Shown one piece after another: positions 24,568 through 37,400 of a DNA stretch of 42,137 nt; the stretch's first letter is position 1, and every line of letters begins with the position of its first letter. The DNA is taken from positions 86,761 through 128,897 of the forward strand of contig NW_014040394.1 in NCBI RefSeq assembly GCF_001186125.1. Direction: 5' to 3'. This DNA comes from Sphaeroforma arctica JP610. Lineage: Eukaryota. The translations under genes were made by a program, and so were the position numbers. The notes beneath the pieces were generated by a model, which saw only the letters and a program-made list of their open reading frames with translations, did no database searches and had not been told where the DNA came from.

Positions 24568-26582
24568 GACATCAATGATTCACAATCAAACCACAGTTTT
24601 GAATTATGTATAGCTATATGAATTGTCGACTAGATCTGCTCCCTTACGAACATTGCCGTATCAGTATGCATACCACGGCGCCACTTTTCATATATGATGT
24701 TCCGTTCTCGTTGGAAGCTGCCTACACATTTGCGTAAAATCAGTTGTTCAAATGAAGAGAATATCAATAAGTAATTCCTATGAAAGCTTTGAAAATTTCG
24801 TCTCGGGACAATATCAACCTTCATAGAAGTCTTCGATAGGAATCGAGGCTCCCATGCACATTTCACCCACGATCGCACCTGAATACAGTTACGACAGCAT
24901 GCTTCCCGCATCGGTGCGAGCTGCAGTGGTGGGAGACAATGCCGAAAGTGATTCTGATTGAGAAGCAAGAAATAATATATTACCAACCAACAAGTGTTGT
25001 GCTGGCTCTATGAGATTGATATGGGTCATCTTCGATTGGACTACACTGGAATTGAGAATACCCTTCAAGATTCTATTCATATGAAGTAATCCTCTGCTTT
25101 GTACTCCAATTGATTCGGCAATAAAATAAAAGTATCTGGGCACTTTTATTGACTGTTCTAGTTGTGTCTATTGAGGATATAAAGAACCAGCTTTTTTTTT
25201 TGTGAATAATTATGTCTTGAATACTGCTATGGTATTCAGTGTGACTATTCGCCTGACTCGCACCACAAGTCAACGGTGATGCAGAAACAACGATTCCCAA
25301 GTTCCAATACTCTGAAGCAAGCCAGCGTATTTCTGCCGATTGTTTTACATATCAAAAAAATAAATATCAACAGGTATATATATTACCATACACACCCAGG
25401 GTTGCATTATTCGCCCCACCATGATACATGCTGCGATGAACCCGTCGTACGACTGTATTAAGGGTATACATTAGCACGTACACTATTTCAGAAACTGGTA
25501 CAGCAATTGGACAGCACTCAAAACTATCACTCAATCGACTTTAAAAGCGGAGAGAAGAAAATAGCGAACAAACGTACTTTTTTGAGTGCAATCGTAGGCC
25601 CGAATATAAGTGTGTGCTAAACATGTAGTTATCGTGCAAGTAGACACCTCGGCATGGAAATGAAGGGGGCAAGCATGCGCAAATGTTAAACAACCAGATG
25701 AATTGTTGGTGATGGCTTGTTGGACGTATAATAGTATATGCGTGCACAGCTATATCACCGGACTGATGTGAGTGAAGTAGTCTTTTCCAAAGACAGAGGT
25801 TTGAATCCCAGGCTGTCTTCTTGCGGCAACATGACTACGTATAGTCTATCCTACATCTGCGCACATCAACACGACAGTTCAGCACCTGAACTAACAATAT
25901 ATACCACACTGCCACAGTAACACCTAAATGAAAGAGCAGTCATGTAGGCACAGACGAGTTCAGTAAACTTGTCATAGGATCACATATTCATATTGATGTA
26001 TATATTTATCTTTACTTAGTGCCCCTATGTATGCTTCCCGTCATCTATGATTGGAATAACAAAAATCGCTAGAAAGGAGTCATCATCGTCTGTCCTGTGG
26101 GATGGAGATGAACTCAACCGTATACTTTGTAGTTATGCATAAAATTGAATTGACATATGACAATGTTGGTGGATGTGGCTTATGATGAGATCAATGTAGC
26201 TTATCTATTGAACTTTGTACATACGTGTCTATGCTACAATATTAATATATTATTACCACAAAATACAAATGCATGTATTTATTATGTTGCTTGGCGAATG
26301 TGTGAGAAAATGCCATAGAAGTATTATTTTTAGAATAAAATTCGATTTTACCGATAATAGACAGCACGTGTATTTTATTGGAATGTCGACTACATAGATG
26401 ATACTTGAAATTGAGGTTGCTGTGTACTATGACAGCAGGTACGCATACATTCACTGCAAGAATCTAGTCTGCCAATTTCCCCAGTACTACATCGAGTGTA
26501 TACAAAGAAATAAGGAGAGCACTGCGATTATTTGCTAGTCTATAGTATTCCAGTCAAGTAATATACAGACACATTGTCTTCG

Positions 26583-27355
26583 ATGGTCAACATGTCGTCA
26601 ACAACTACAACCGAAGTCGGGCCTACAAGCACGGTGCAAGTGAGATTCGTTCCCAGCGATGAAGCACAATTCACTGTAACAGATACGCCTATTGCTGTCC
26701 CAGAAACCCTTAGGCGATATGCTTTGAGTGAAATTGTGAACCATTTGCTTGGAAATGAGAAGCCTATACCGTTCGACTTTCTAGTGGATGGCATGCTTTT
26801 GAGAACTTCGGTATGTATATTGTTCAGACTGAATGTTATTTTAACTACATCCTGTTCCTGGCATATAGTGAAAGACTCTTTGTCCATATAATTCATTTAA
26901 TTTAGATTGCTTACATAAAGTCGTATATTTTAGAAGTATATATGTTCGCTCGCAAATGTATATCTAATAGGTGCATACTTTAATAGTGGTACACGACAGA
27001 TACCTGTATATATTAGACTACACACGCACACATCCATACAACCACCGGCAAAAGAAAACAAGGCCACACACACATATATATATNNNNNNNNNNNNNNNNN
27101 NNNATATATGAATATATATATTCATGTATGTTTTCTATGTATATATGGGTATATATATATATATTTATATCTATATATACGAATATACATATAATATATA
27201 TATATATATATATATGTATATGTATCTTCAAATATATATTTATTAATTTCTATATTCATATATCTGTAAATTGATGTATTTATAGCTACATATGTATTTC
27301 GATTTTTAATTGTATATGGATGTATATGGATGTCTGTATGTACTTATATGTATAT

Positions 27356-27397
<42 letters not shown>

Positions 27398-30300
27398 CAT
27401 ACATATATATATATACATATAAATATACAAATGCGTATATATGTGTGTGTGTATGTGTATATATATATACATACATATGCAAATGCGTATATGTATAGAT
27501 ATATCTATATATTTATATATACATTATAAATAACAGCTACAGGTATATACATATATATATACATGGACATATCCACATCCACGTAAATATATATATATAT
27601 ATATATATATTCGTATTTTTTTTGTATTCTTATTTGTATTTGTGTATTCTTGCGGTTATAAAGACTTCTGCATGGTAGAAAATGTGAACTAGGAACCTAT
27701 AGCTCTACGCTGAGATTGAAAATATGTTTACGATTTTGTACTTTTTCCAATTCACTGTATATATCTTCAATGTGTGTATCGTTCATATACGGATACTTTG
27801 CTTTGATGTGACCGTATCATGAGTATTTGGTAAAATTCTCTATCCTTGCCTCTTAAGTAACACCCGAATATGTATTTAAAGTTCTGGATGGATGAGTTAT
27901 TCCTCTGTATTAAATATTCCCAAATGCACTCTCATTGGCCATCAGGTCGCCAAATACTTAGAATCTCACGCTCTCTCGCGGGAGACAATTGTCAAGCTGG
28001 AGTTTTTCATGGCCACACCCGCTCCGGAGGCTAGTACTGAACTCCCCCACGACGACTGGGTGGGTGCGCTAGATACCAACAGCAACGGGCTTATACTGAC
28101 GGGATCATACGATGGCGTAGTCAGTTTGTGGTCAGGTACGGGTGATCGTGTAGCCACAGCCGCAGAACATACAGGGGGTATCAAAAGGCTGGAGACTATA
28201 AGCGATGATATGTTTGTCACGGCTTCGCTGGACCATTCTCTGCGAGTTTGGGGTGGGGTGAGGGAAGAGAGCTTGACTACCAAGGTGTGTGCATACGTGT
28301 TTATGTCGTTGGGGTTTATGTATTTTGAAGTTCGTTGGCCTATTTTTTAACTACGTGGTTTTGGGTCGTTTCCTTTCAGACCTAGAATGCTGCCTATCGA
28401 AGTCTCAATAGTTATTTTAAGGATACATATAGTCCAAATCCTGATTGTGACACGACTCACATCGGTTTTGGATCGCTGCCAAACCTTCGGCCAACACATG
28501 GTGCACATATTTGTCCGGTTTTCATTGGACCATGGCTTTGGTTCGTTGCTACCTGGCTATACGGATCGTATTCCCTCCAATTGTCCTATGTATAAGAGAT
28601 TGCTCCAATCAGACAACGCTTGTATACCTATTGCTGTGAGTATTTGTATTCAGTGATCACGTACAACATGACTACAAACACATCTCACAGCACCCTACTG
28701 CTTCGAGTATTTGTATCCAAGTACTTTCATCAATTGTGGTTACCCTTCCTACGCTCACCTCATCTATACCTGCATCGCAGCTATTACTATCGGGCCATAC
28801 AGGAAGTGTGGAAGGCGTGGCTGTATCATCAAATGGGCAGACCTGTGTTAGTGGTTCATTCGACAAGACTCTGCGCGTGTGGTCATTGGCACCCGCGGGC
28901 TCACTCGAGGGCGAAGAGGAACAAAGCGGAAAGAAGAAACGGAAAACAAACGGTATGAGGGGTTTGTAGATATTTTTGTATACGGATTGGCAGCTATCCA
29001 AACGCATATTGAAGACCTTCTCAAATTTTCAGGTGTGTCGGTAGTCCATTCTACAATTGGTAGCGTGCGTGGGCCACACCAACGATTGTACCAAACATGC
29101 ACGACGTACTGAGAAGCATATACATGCCTTTATCACAGAATAGATACCTCATTCGTCACAATTCCTCTCCGTTGTTGCACTTCGGCCTGTGTGGCCATAT
29201 AGGGTCTCTACACACACCTCCTCATCACATCCCTTCCCTCCGTCCAACCCGCCAACAGTCTCCGCCCAGCGCACAACCACCACCACGCGGGAGGCGTCGC
29301 TGGTACTCGAGGGCCATACCAACGGCGTCACATCGGTCGTATACGGCCCACAGAACACCGTCTACAGTGCGTCGTGGGATCACAGCATACGCCAATGGGA
29401 TATCAATAGCGGCCGTGTGGTGCACACACTCGTGGGGGGCAAGGTTATACAGAGCATCGCGTACTCGGAGAGTGCCAATCTGATAGTATCAGCGGGAGCC
29501 GACAAGGCCGTGCGGTTATGGGACCCGCGCGAGAGTGGTATGGTTGAACAACTGGGGTTGGGTGTCTCGGTGATGTCATTACTTGTGAGCTTGTGGATGG
29601 GGGGGGCTGCCAAGTTGGCTGGGTGGGTTGATTCCAGCTGTGTGTATGCGAGTGTGCAAGATGCTGCAGTGTCCTCTTCATAGTGTATATACCCAGGTGT
29701 ACATAGCGCATGTTAAACCACAATTTTTTTATGGTTAGCGGAGCCGCAGAAGTCTTTGTGCGAGTGTATTGTGTGTGTTGTATGTGTTGTGTCTGTGTAT
29801 GTACCTGCATACATTGCTCTGGTGTGTGTTTTAAGCTGCGGTTCTGGTCGTATGTGATTATGTTTCCGTCTCTCAGGCTTCAGTCTGTGGTGGTATATCT
29901 TTCTGTGGAGGGAAGTGGTGGTTATATATCGATGATGATTTTGAGGTCGCGGGGAGTGGGCGCAAACGGTCATTGTATTGAGTGTATGGTTATCCCTCGT
30001 ATGTGCCGCACCAATCTCATTTATCTGTTTCATCACTTGAGCCGATCATGTATGCAAGTATGATATACTTGCGTCGCGTACTGTATTGCTCACCACATAT
30101 ACTTCGCAATACATCTTGGCTTTATTGTCTACACAGTACAAACACAGTCATGACGAGAACGTAGCGTGAGCTCGTACTCTGATCACGTGTATGAATTCGC
30201 AATATGTCGGCCTCTCAGCCTATGAGACAAGCCATTTATGAATCTATATTCANNNNNNNNNNNNNNNNNNNNTTACGTGGGTGTGTGGGTGTGTATGTGA

Positions 30301-31143
30301 GCGTATGTATATATATGTTTGTATATGTATATATATATATATATATATGTCTATGTTTATATGTGTGTGTGTATTTACAATTATATATATATGTGTGTGT
30401 GTGTTTGTCTGTGTGTGATTATGGTTATAGTTATGTTCATGTTTGTGTGTGTATATGTATGAGTATATGTATGTATGTATATTTATATGTATGTGTATAT
30501 ATGTGTGTGTGTGATTGCCTCTCAAGTACTCACAACCCAAGCGTTTGAACACAATCTCTCATTCAGCAACCACGATGATCAAACGTACTCTGGTATCACA
30601 CACGGGCATGACATCGTCTGTGGCTTGGAGCCCGACCGACGGCAACCAGTTTGTGTCAGCGGCGTATGATGGCGATATTAAGATATGGGACGCGCGCTCG
30701 AGTATCCCACTACACACTGTTAAAGGTATACCACTTTGTATGTGTTGCATGAAATAAGAGATGCTGAACTGTAAGTATCAGTGCATATGTGTTAGGTGTC
30801 TACATATACCTAAATCTGTTTTCTGATTTGGTGTATAGTAGTTCTTCATCTGGAGCGCAATAATGACACTCAAGTGTCGCATGCTCGCCCTTGCCATGTG
30901 CATCTTGTGTATTCGGCCATCTGGCTCTTACATAATTCATCCGTTTGTGTTTAATAGTTACGTTTGTATTTAATAGTTCATGTCCAACTCAACTTCACTG
31001 GCGGTGTATCCATTCTCACAATTCTCGCAATTCTGTTCACAGCCATCGAGGGTAAGGTTCTATGCGTCGCGTGGCCGTCTAAAGAACAGATTCTCTGCGG
31101 AGGCGACGATAACCGAGTGCATATCCATTCAGTTGGTAAATGA
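26583..31143 (+). CDS. WDR12: Ribosome biogenesis protein WDR12/Ytm1 (NLE ubiquitin-like domain + WD40), about 425 aa
   Basis: Exons 26583-26810, 27946-28284, 28781-28952, 29259-29537, 30567-30725 and 31043-31143; phases 0,0,1,1,1. Diagnostic segments: VQVRF..PIAVP..LRRYALSEIVNHLL..PIPFDFLVDGMLLRTS, HDDWV, ILTGSYDG, KKKRK insert, YSASWDHSIRQWD, IWDARSSIPLHTV. Start is ATG 26583 or 26592. Confidence 0.93.
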
Positions 31144-34100
31144 TTGCGTAGATGTGAATAAAGTAAATAGAGAGCGTCCGAAAATTTAACGCGAAGGCCA
31201 TTTGCGATGTGTAGATGATTGATATCCTCTACGGAATGGTCGAACACTACATACGCGTGTATACAGTTCTGATTAGTCGAATCGAGCATTCTTGTGCTGT
31301 ATTGAAGGAATCTCAATGTGACACTGTCAGACTTGAAGCATTGGACGGCAAGAAAAAAAATTGAATGTCTGTGTTTTGACTATGCCCAGGGCAGAATATA
31401 TCGATCTATGTTTGTGACTACAAATTTATCGGTACCTCTGAGAAGATGAAGTCATCCTAAGGATCTGTTGCGAAGAAAATCAGACAGATCTTATAAAAGT
31501 GCTGTAGTCCGTATCTGAATACCAATTCGGATTTGCAACAATTGTAATGGGAACTTAAATAGACTTTTAAATGGAAATGCAGACCACCACAATGAGACGA
31601 AATTCTCCCGACTATTGCTAGACTTTGTGGCACCGACCATCGAATATGCATCCTATGTCATACGATGGCCAAATTCGTGTCGGTAGTATTTTATCGAGAA
31701 TCTGTATATATACAGGCACGAGCTATTTTATCAAATGTTGAACTCGTTGACAGCGCGAAATTCCAGACAATGTGAATAATTCAACAGCATATGAGGAAAT
31801 CGGGGTTTACAGAACGAGAGAAGTCATGGATGTGATTTTAAGCATTTAATTTTTTTAGATGGTTGTAGTTGAACGAGCCACAAAGTTGAGTATCAGTATC
31901 CGAAGTTTCGTCTTGTGTATTGAATTATCTCGCTTATTCATCTGTCGTGAACAGGTTATCAACAAACAAATCAACGCTGTCTTCATTGCTGCCTCACCAC
32001 TTGTAGATCCATAAAATAATATCTCTTCATGTTATATCACGGCGTTTGGAGCCCGAAATAATCTGGTGATTGCATGTTTTGTGATTCCACTTGAATATGC
32101 TCCACTGCCCTTTGGCAGATCACCCTGAATTGTCTCATTTTGTTCCGGACACCGCAATGTGAGCTGTATGATAGATCTGATATACTGCATAGGAACAGAG
32201 TGTGTTTACGAAGCTATCGACATTCGAGCCAATTGATCATAGGTGTGGATGTGTGCACACAACAGTTCCGCAAATGAGCGTCGAATCGCTTTTGGGTTTT
32301 AGGGTTAGGTATGTATGTAGAACTCCACTGCTGTAATAGCCAGTCAGTCCGCGCCTCCAAGACAACCCGTCATACTTTTGCATGGTGAATACATCATGCT
32401 ACCTGCACTCTACGAAGCAACCCAGCTGCCTTCTCCCTCATACTATTTGGTAGTCGCTACGACCCACGCAATGTCTTTCGCGTATACTTCGGTGTATAAT
32501 TGTACAAAAGTGAGTTACGATACGTCAATATTGAGAGCATTCGACAAGTATCCGGGTCCCTATGTGCCGTATATGTCACCTATGCGGAATATGTCTACGT
32601 TTCGGCGGACAAAGCCTCAAAGAACAACAGTACTTTTCCATCGTCAACAAGGAAATGTCATTGTTTGCTACTTATATTTCTGTAGAAGTCGTTCGCGAAC
32701 GTTTATTGCCAGCTTTGATTTATAAAGTATGCCTTGTTTTGTGAGCAGTTAAGCTGTGAACTGCGACACAAACTGCAAATAAATACAAGCAAATATGATG
32801 ATTACGTGCAGTTTGGTCACGAGGTCACTAGAAAATATGTATCACCCGCTATCTTTCAACTTCTTTACTACTGTTGTATTTAGTTTTTATAACTTATTAT
32901 ATATGTATAAAAAGGTGGACTCTCAGTGAGGCCCTGCATGATGATTATCATCAATGATGAACCCGTACACTAACGTGAATGGGAACATCCGCATCCAATT
33001 GCATGCATAAGCATCAGCCTCTTCATCGAGTCTGAATAATGTGTCTAGTTCGGAAAGAACAAGATACAGACGCTTACTATAGAAATGAAATCCTGTAGAG
33101 TAAGGTCAATGTTGTAGACCACCAACTTTACTCTCTATTTATACTTTTGTACATGACATATACTTGTGGTCAAGTTCTCAGAAATCGTGATTTATTCTTG
33201 TGAAGCTGGCGCACGTGTGCCGGACAAACTTTCTAATTTACTAATATCACAAACTACGTCATCAAATTTCATGAGAATCCTTTTTTTTTCTAAAAATCAC
33301 TTTGAAACTAGGCATAAAGAAGCCCTTGGCCATTAGGGTCGCGAGCAGAAATCAGGTTTCTTCCGACCATGAGAAGCACCGGAGACTATGGACTTTTTAT
33401 AATGTTTTAGAGTTTAGAAGGCTATTTTTTAGTTATATTACGGCCTCTGTAGCTATAGTTGTCGTGGATTTAATAAATCCTCATAATGGAGTATTCGGAT
33501 GCACAACTTAACAGCGGAAGATCCCAGAATTTATCTAAAACTGTAATGCGAGTTACATAATACTGTCCGCCATTATGTTAGACATGGCATTCTAGTCTTC
33601 GAGAACACAGTCAATATACTGTTTTCTTGATGATTTATATAGTATACGGTTGTAGAATTTTCGATGATACGTATGTGTATTCAAACTAAAAATTTAATTG
33701 CTAAATTTACATGCGGTAATTGCAGCGCACTCTGTGGGAATTATAGCTGAGCAATACGCCGACAGCTTAATCAACAGTTACAACTTATAGTCAATCTACA
33801 TGCACAATGTATTCGCTTATCAGACTTGTACATATTATTAAAAATATGACTTTGAAAGTACACCAACGAGTGCTTTCAGCATTGGCGAGTAGTTACCACT
33901 GAAATGTCAAATACATACTGAGAGGGCAAGAAATAGATGAGGTTAAATAAGAAGTAATAAAGATAGCATTGGCATTGTCGCGTCTCCCGATTCCCAAGTC
34001 GCAGGTAAATATTTAATATTGACATGGCCCTCTCTCTAGAAAAGTAGAAAGAATAAAATAGTAAGTCGAACTAACGTCCGAAGGACGTAAATATTGAGGA

Positions 34101-34455
34101 ATAAATATATGTGAACCTCATGCAATTACGTAAGTGTTGGATTTAGGAGACATATGGTATCTGTTTATTTATACATACATATTTGGGCCTATCTGTGGTC
34201 ATCATTTTGTTTTGGGCGTTTTCATTCGAAAAAGGTTCACTGGTGGGTTGGGTTGCGAACTTTGACTCGGGGGTTATTTACATGAGACGTATGTAAAATT
34301 GTAAATATTTTGATCAGCAAATTGATAAGGATATTCAGTTCAATCTCGGAGCCGAGCGCTCAGACATTGACTTTACAGCTGTGAACAGCGTATGTCATAT
34401 TAAACACACCGTATACCATACTGCAGTGTAAGCCATAATACAGATCACTTTTATA

Positions 34456-37400
34456 ATGTTGGAGGAATTGAATATTCGCGTGGTCACATGGAATATAAAT
34501 GCACTCCGTACTGTGCCACCTCTTGACGATTTGCTCAGGACCGACAAAGGTCCTCGGCCAGATGTGCTTGCTTTCGGGTTAGTGTTATCAATTTATACTA
34601 TACGTGTTTATAGCTATGCATACACATAAATGCTCCCGCTTAAGTGGACATCGCCGTTATATGTCGACATCCACAAAATGGCTGTCGTTCGTATTAATTG
34701 TGCTATAGCGTAAAATAACAACCATGGGGGTGCAATAACAATGGCAGACAACCGACGAATGTATTCCCATATAGTTTGTTTCTTTATAAAACTGTTAACC
34801 TCGCACTCTCGCGTTAGAAAAAAACATCTGAAGAGTTGTTGTTTGCAGTCTCGTTGTGGTATATACGCTTGGTCGTAAGCATTGATGTCACGTTTGTCAG
34901 TGGTATACATTCTTCGACCCATTTTGTTGAGATGTATTATTATTCTGTTCATCTGTCTCCATCATCTGCGCTAAGGAGAGCGTTTATAAGCGTTCAATCT
35001 ATTTACGTACATCACTTCTCAAAATCAGTGTTGAACCACAGCAGTCGCTTCGGCCTATATCATGGCCCAGGGATGAATCTCTCTGTAGTAAGCAAATCAT
35101 TTCAATCATCTTGTCGAGCAACATACTCCGGTGCATCTTCTTCGATTGTTGTATACAATGCAGTCCTTACGTACTTGTGTAGTGTAATATCAAGCCATAC
35201 TCCTGCTCTGGCATGTTTCAGATGTCAAATTGTCTTCCAGTCATTGCGAAACATATGGGGGTACACAGATATAAATAGATTTACATTGTATTTGGTTGAA
35301 GTTTGCGTTTGGGTTTTTATCTATCCATTTGGGTTAAAGCTCTGTTTGGATTTCTCGAGTGGTCTCATTGACGAGTTAGTTCAGACTTCCACACACTCGT
35401 GTACACGCAGATGCTTGCATATATACTTCATGCACACTGCATTTTATGTCACAGCTACCATTGGTTCATATTCATTTTTCTTGTTATTCTACTTGAATGT
35501 ATCATGTTACTACACATGCATATTTCCTGTTATTGTACTTGCATACTACTTGTTATTGTACTTGTAGGTTTCTTGTTGTCATATGTGTATGTTTCTTGTT
35601 ATTGTACTTGTATATTTGGGTTATTATATTTGTGTGTTTTCTGTTATTATAATTGTATGTTTCCCGTCATTATATTTGAATGTTTTTTGTTATCATGTGT
35701 ATGTTTCTTGTTATTATACATGTATTTTCTTGTTATTATACTTGTATGTTTCTTGTTATTATACTTGTATTTTCCTGTTATTATGCACGTGTTCGCATAG
35801 GCAATATACCTGCACGTGCGATTAAGAGTGCTCAACAGTGCTGCGTGGTATACCAATCAACATGATCAAGCATTTGAATCTCACAAAATCGATCTTTTGT
35901 AATAAGTGTGTTATCTTTATTCGTCTGATTAACTAAGTGCGTTAAATTAATTGCTATGATTGAATTTAAGTGTGTTAAATTGAATACTATAATCAAACCA
36001 AGCGTCATATCTTAATTTGGCTATATAATCAAGTATTTTGAATTTATTCATATGACCAACTGCGTTACCTTAGTTCGGCTTCTTAACTAATTGTGTTAAA
36101 TTAATACCTCTATTCAACTAAGTGTTTTGCACTACTTACCATAATCAACTAAGTGTGTTCTTTTAATTCCTCTATTCAAGCAAGTGTGATATATTATTTC
36201 CTGTAGTCAACTAATTGTGTTAAATTACTCACCAGTCTCCAGGAGTTATCGAGTGATCTGATAGAAGCCAGCTACTTCGATGATGCGACGGGCGTGCTAC
36301 GCCAAGACTGGGCCAGAAAAATACAGTTACATTTGGGTATGCACTAGAAAGATACAGTTGCATTTGGTTATGTACTAGAAAGATACAGTTGCCTTTGGGT
36401 ATGTACTAGAAAGATACAGTTGCATTTGAGTATGCACTAGAAATATACAGTTGCATTTGGTTATGTACTAGAAAGATACAGTTGCCTTTGGGTATGCACT
36501 AGAAAGATACAGTTGCATCTGAGTATGCACTAGAAAGATACAGTTGCATTTGGTTATGTACTAGAAAGATACAGTTGCATTTGGTTATGCACTAGAAAGA
36601 TACAGTTGCATTTGAGTATACACTTGAAAGATACAGTTGCATTTGGGTATGCACTAGAAATATACAGTTGCATTTGAGTATGTACTAGAAAGATACAGTT
36701 GCGTTTGGGTATGCACTAGAAAGATATAGTTGCATTTGAGTATGTACTAGAAAGATACAGTTGCATTTGAGTATGTACTAGAAAGATACAGTTGCATTTG
36801 GGTATGCACTAGAAAGATACAGTTGCATTTGGGTATGTACTAGAAAGGTACAGTTGCATTTGGGTATGCACTAGAAAGATACAGTTGCATTTAGGTATGT
36901 ATGACGGACAAGGGACTACCTGGGATGGGCGAGTGTGAATTTGTTATTGCTGATCCCAATTGAAACTATTCAAGATACTCTCCGATCCATGGGAGTGGAA
37001 CACACATGCGCAGCTACTTCATTGATCACGACAGGGGAATCAGCCATGTGTTGCCTGTTCACTTGGACGGAAACAATCCTGTTAGATACACGGCACTTTA
37101 TCTGTACTTGCAGGTGATGGATGTAAACAATCCTTCTAGTTGAATGACGCTATAATTATACTGGCATGTGATGGCTATAAACAGTCCTGTTAGTTACATG
37201 GCACTTTATTTGTACTTGCAGGTGATGGACGTAAACAATCCTTCTAGTTAAATGACGTTTTATTTTTACTGGCATGTGATGGCTGTACACAATCCTGTTA
37301 GTTACATGGCATTTTATTTGTACTTGCAGGTGATGGATGTAAACAATCCGTCTAGTTCAATGACGCTTTATTTATACCGGCAGGTGATGGCTATTAACAA

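Noticed and set aside
27013..27620. Tyr/Ile/Val/Cys ORFs around an N gap (similarly 30204-30552 and near 21392 and 39437)
   Set aside because: Translations of TA/TG microsatellites beside assembly gaps.
32296..32310. Telomere-like ttagggttagg (also near 6819)
   Set aside because: Fewer than two full units; expected by chance.
31320..34400. 3-kb intergenic region with short ORFs, possibly transposon debris
   Set aside because: No transposase, RT or integrase motif and no terminal repeats could be recognised.
34836..35865. 243-aa and neighbouring hydrophobic ORFs resembling membrane proteins
   Set aside because: They lie in 5-phosphatase intron 1, run into an AT-rich repeat, have non-ATG starts and show no recognisable motifs.
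36315..36901. CRISPR-like regular array
   Set aside because: Units are head-to-tail with no unique spacers, there are no cas genes, and the context is a eukaryotic intron.
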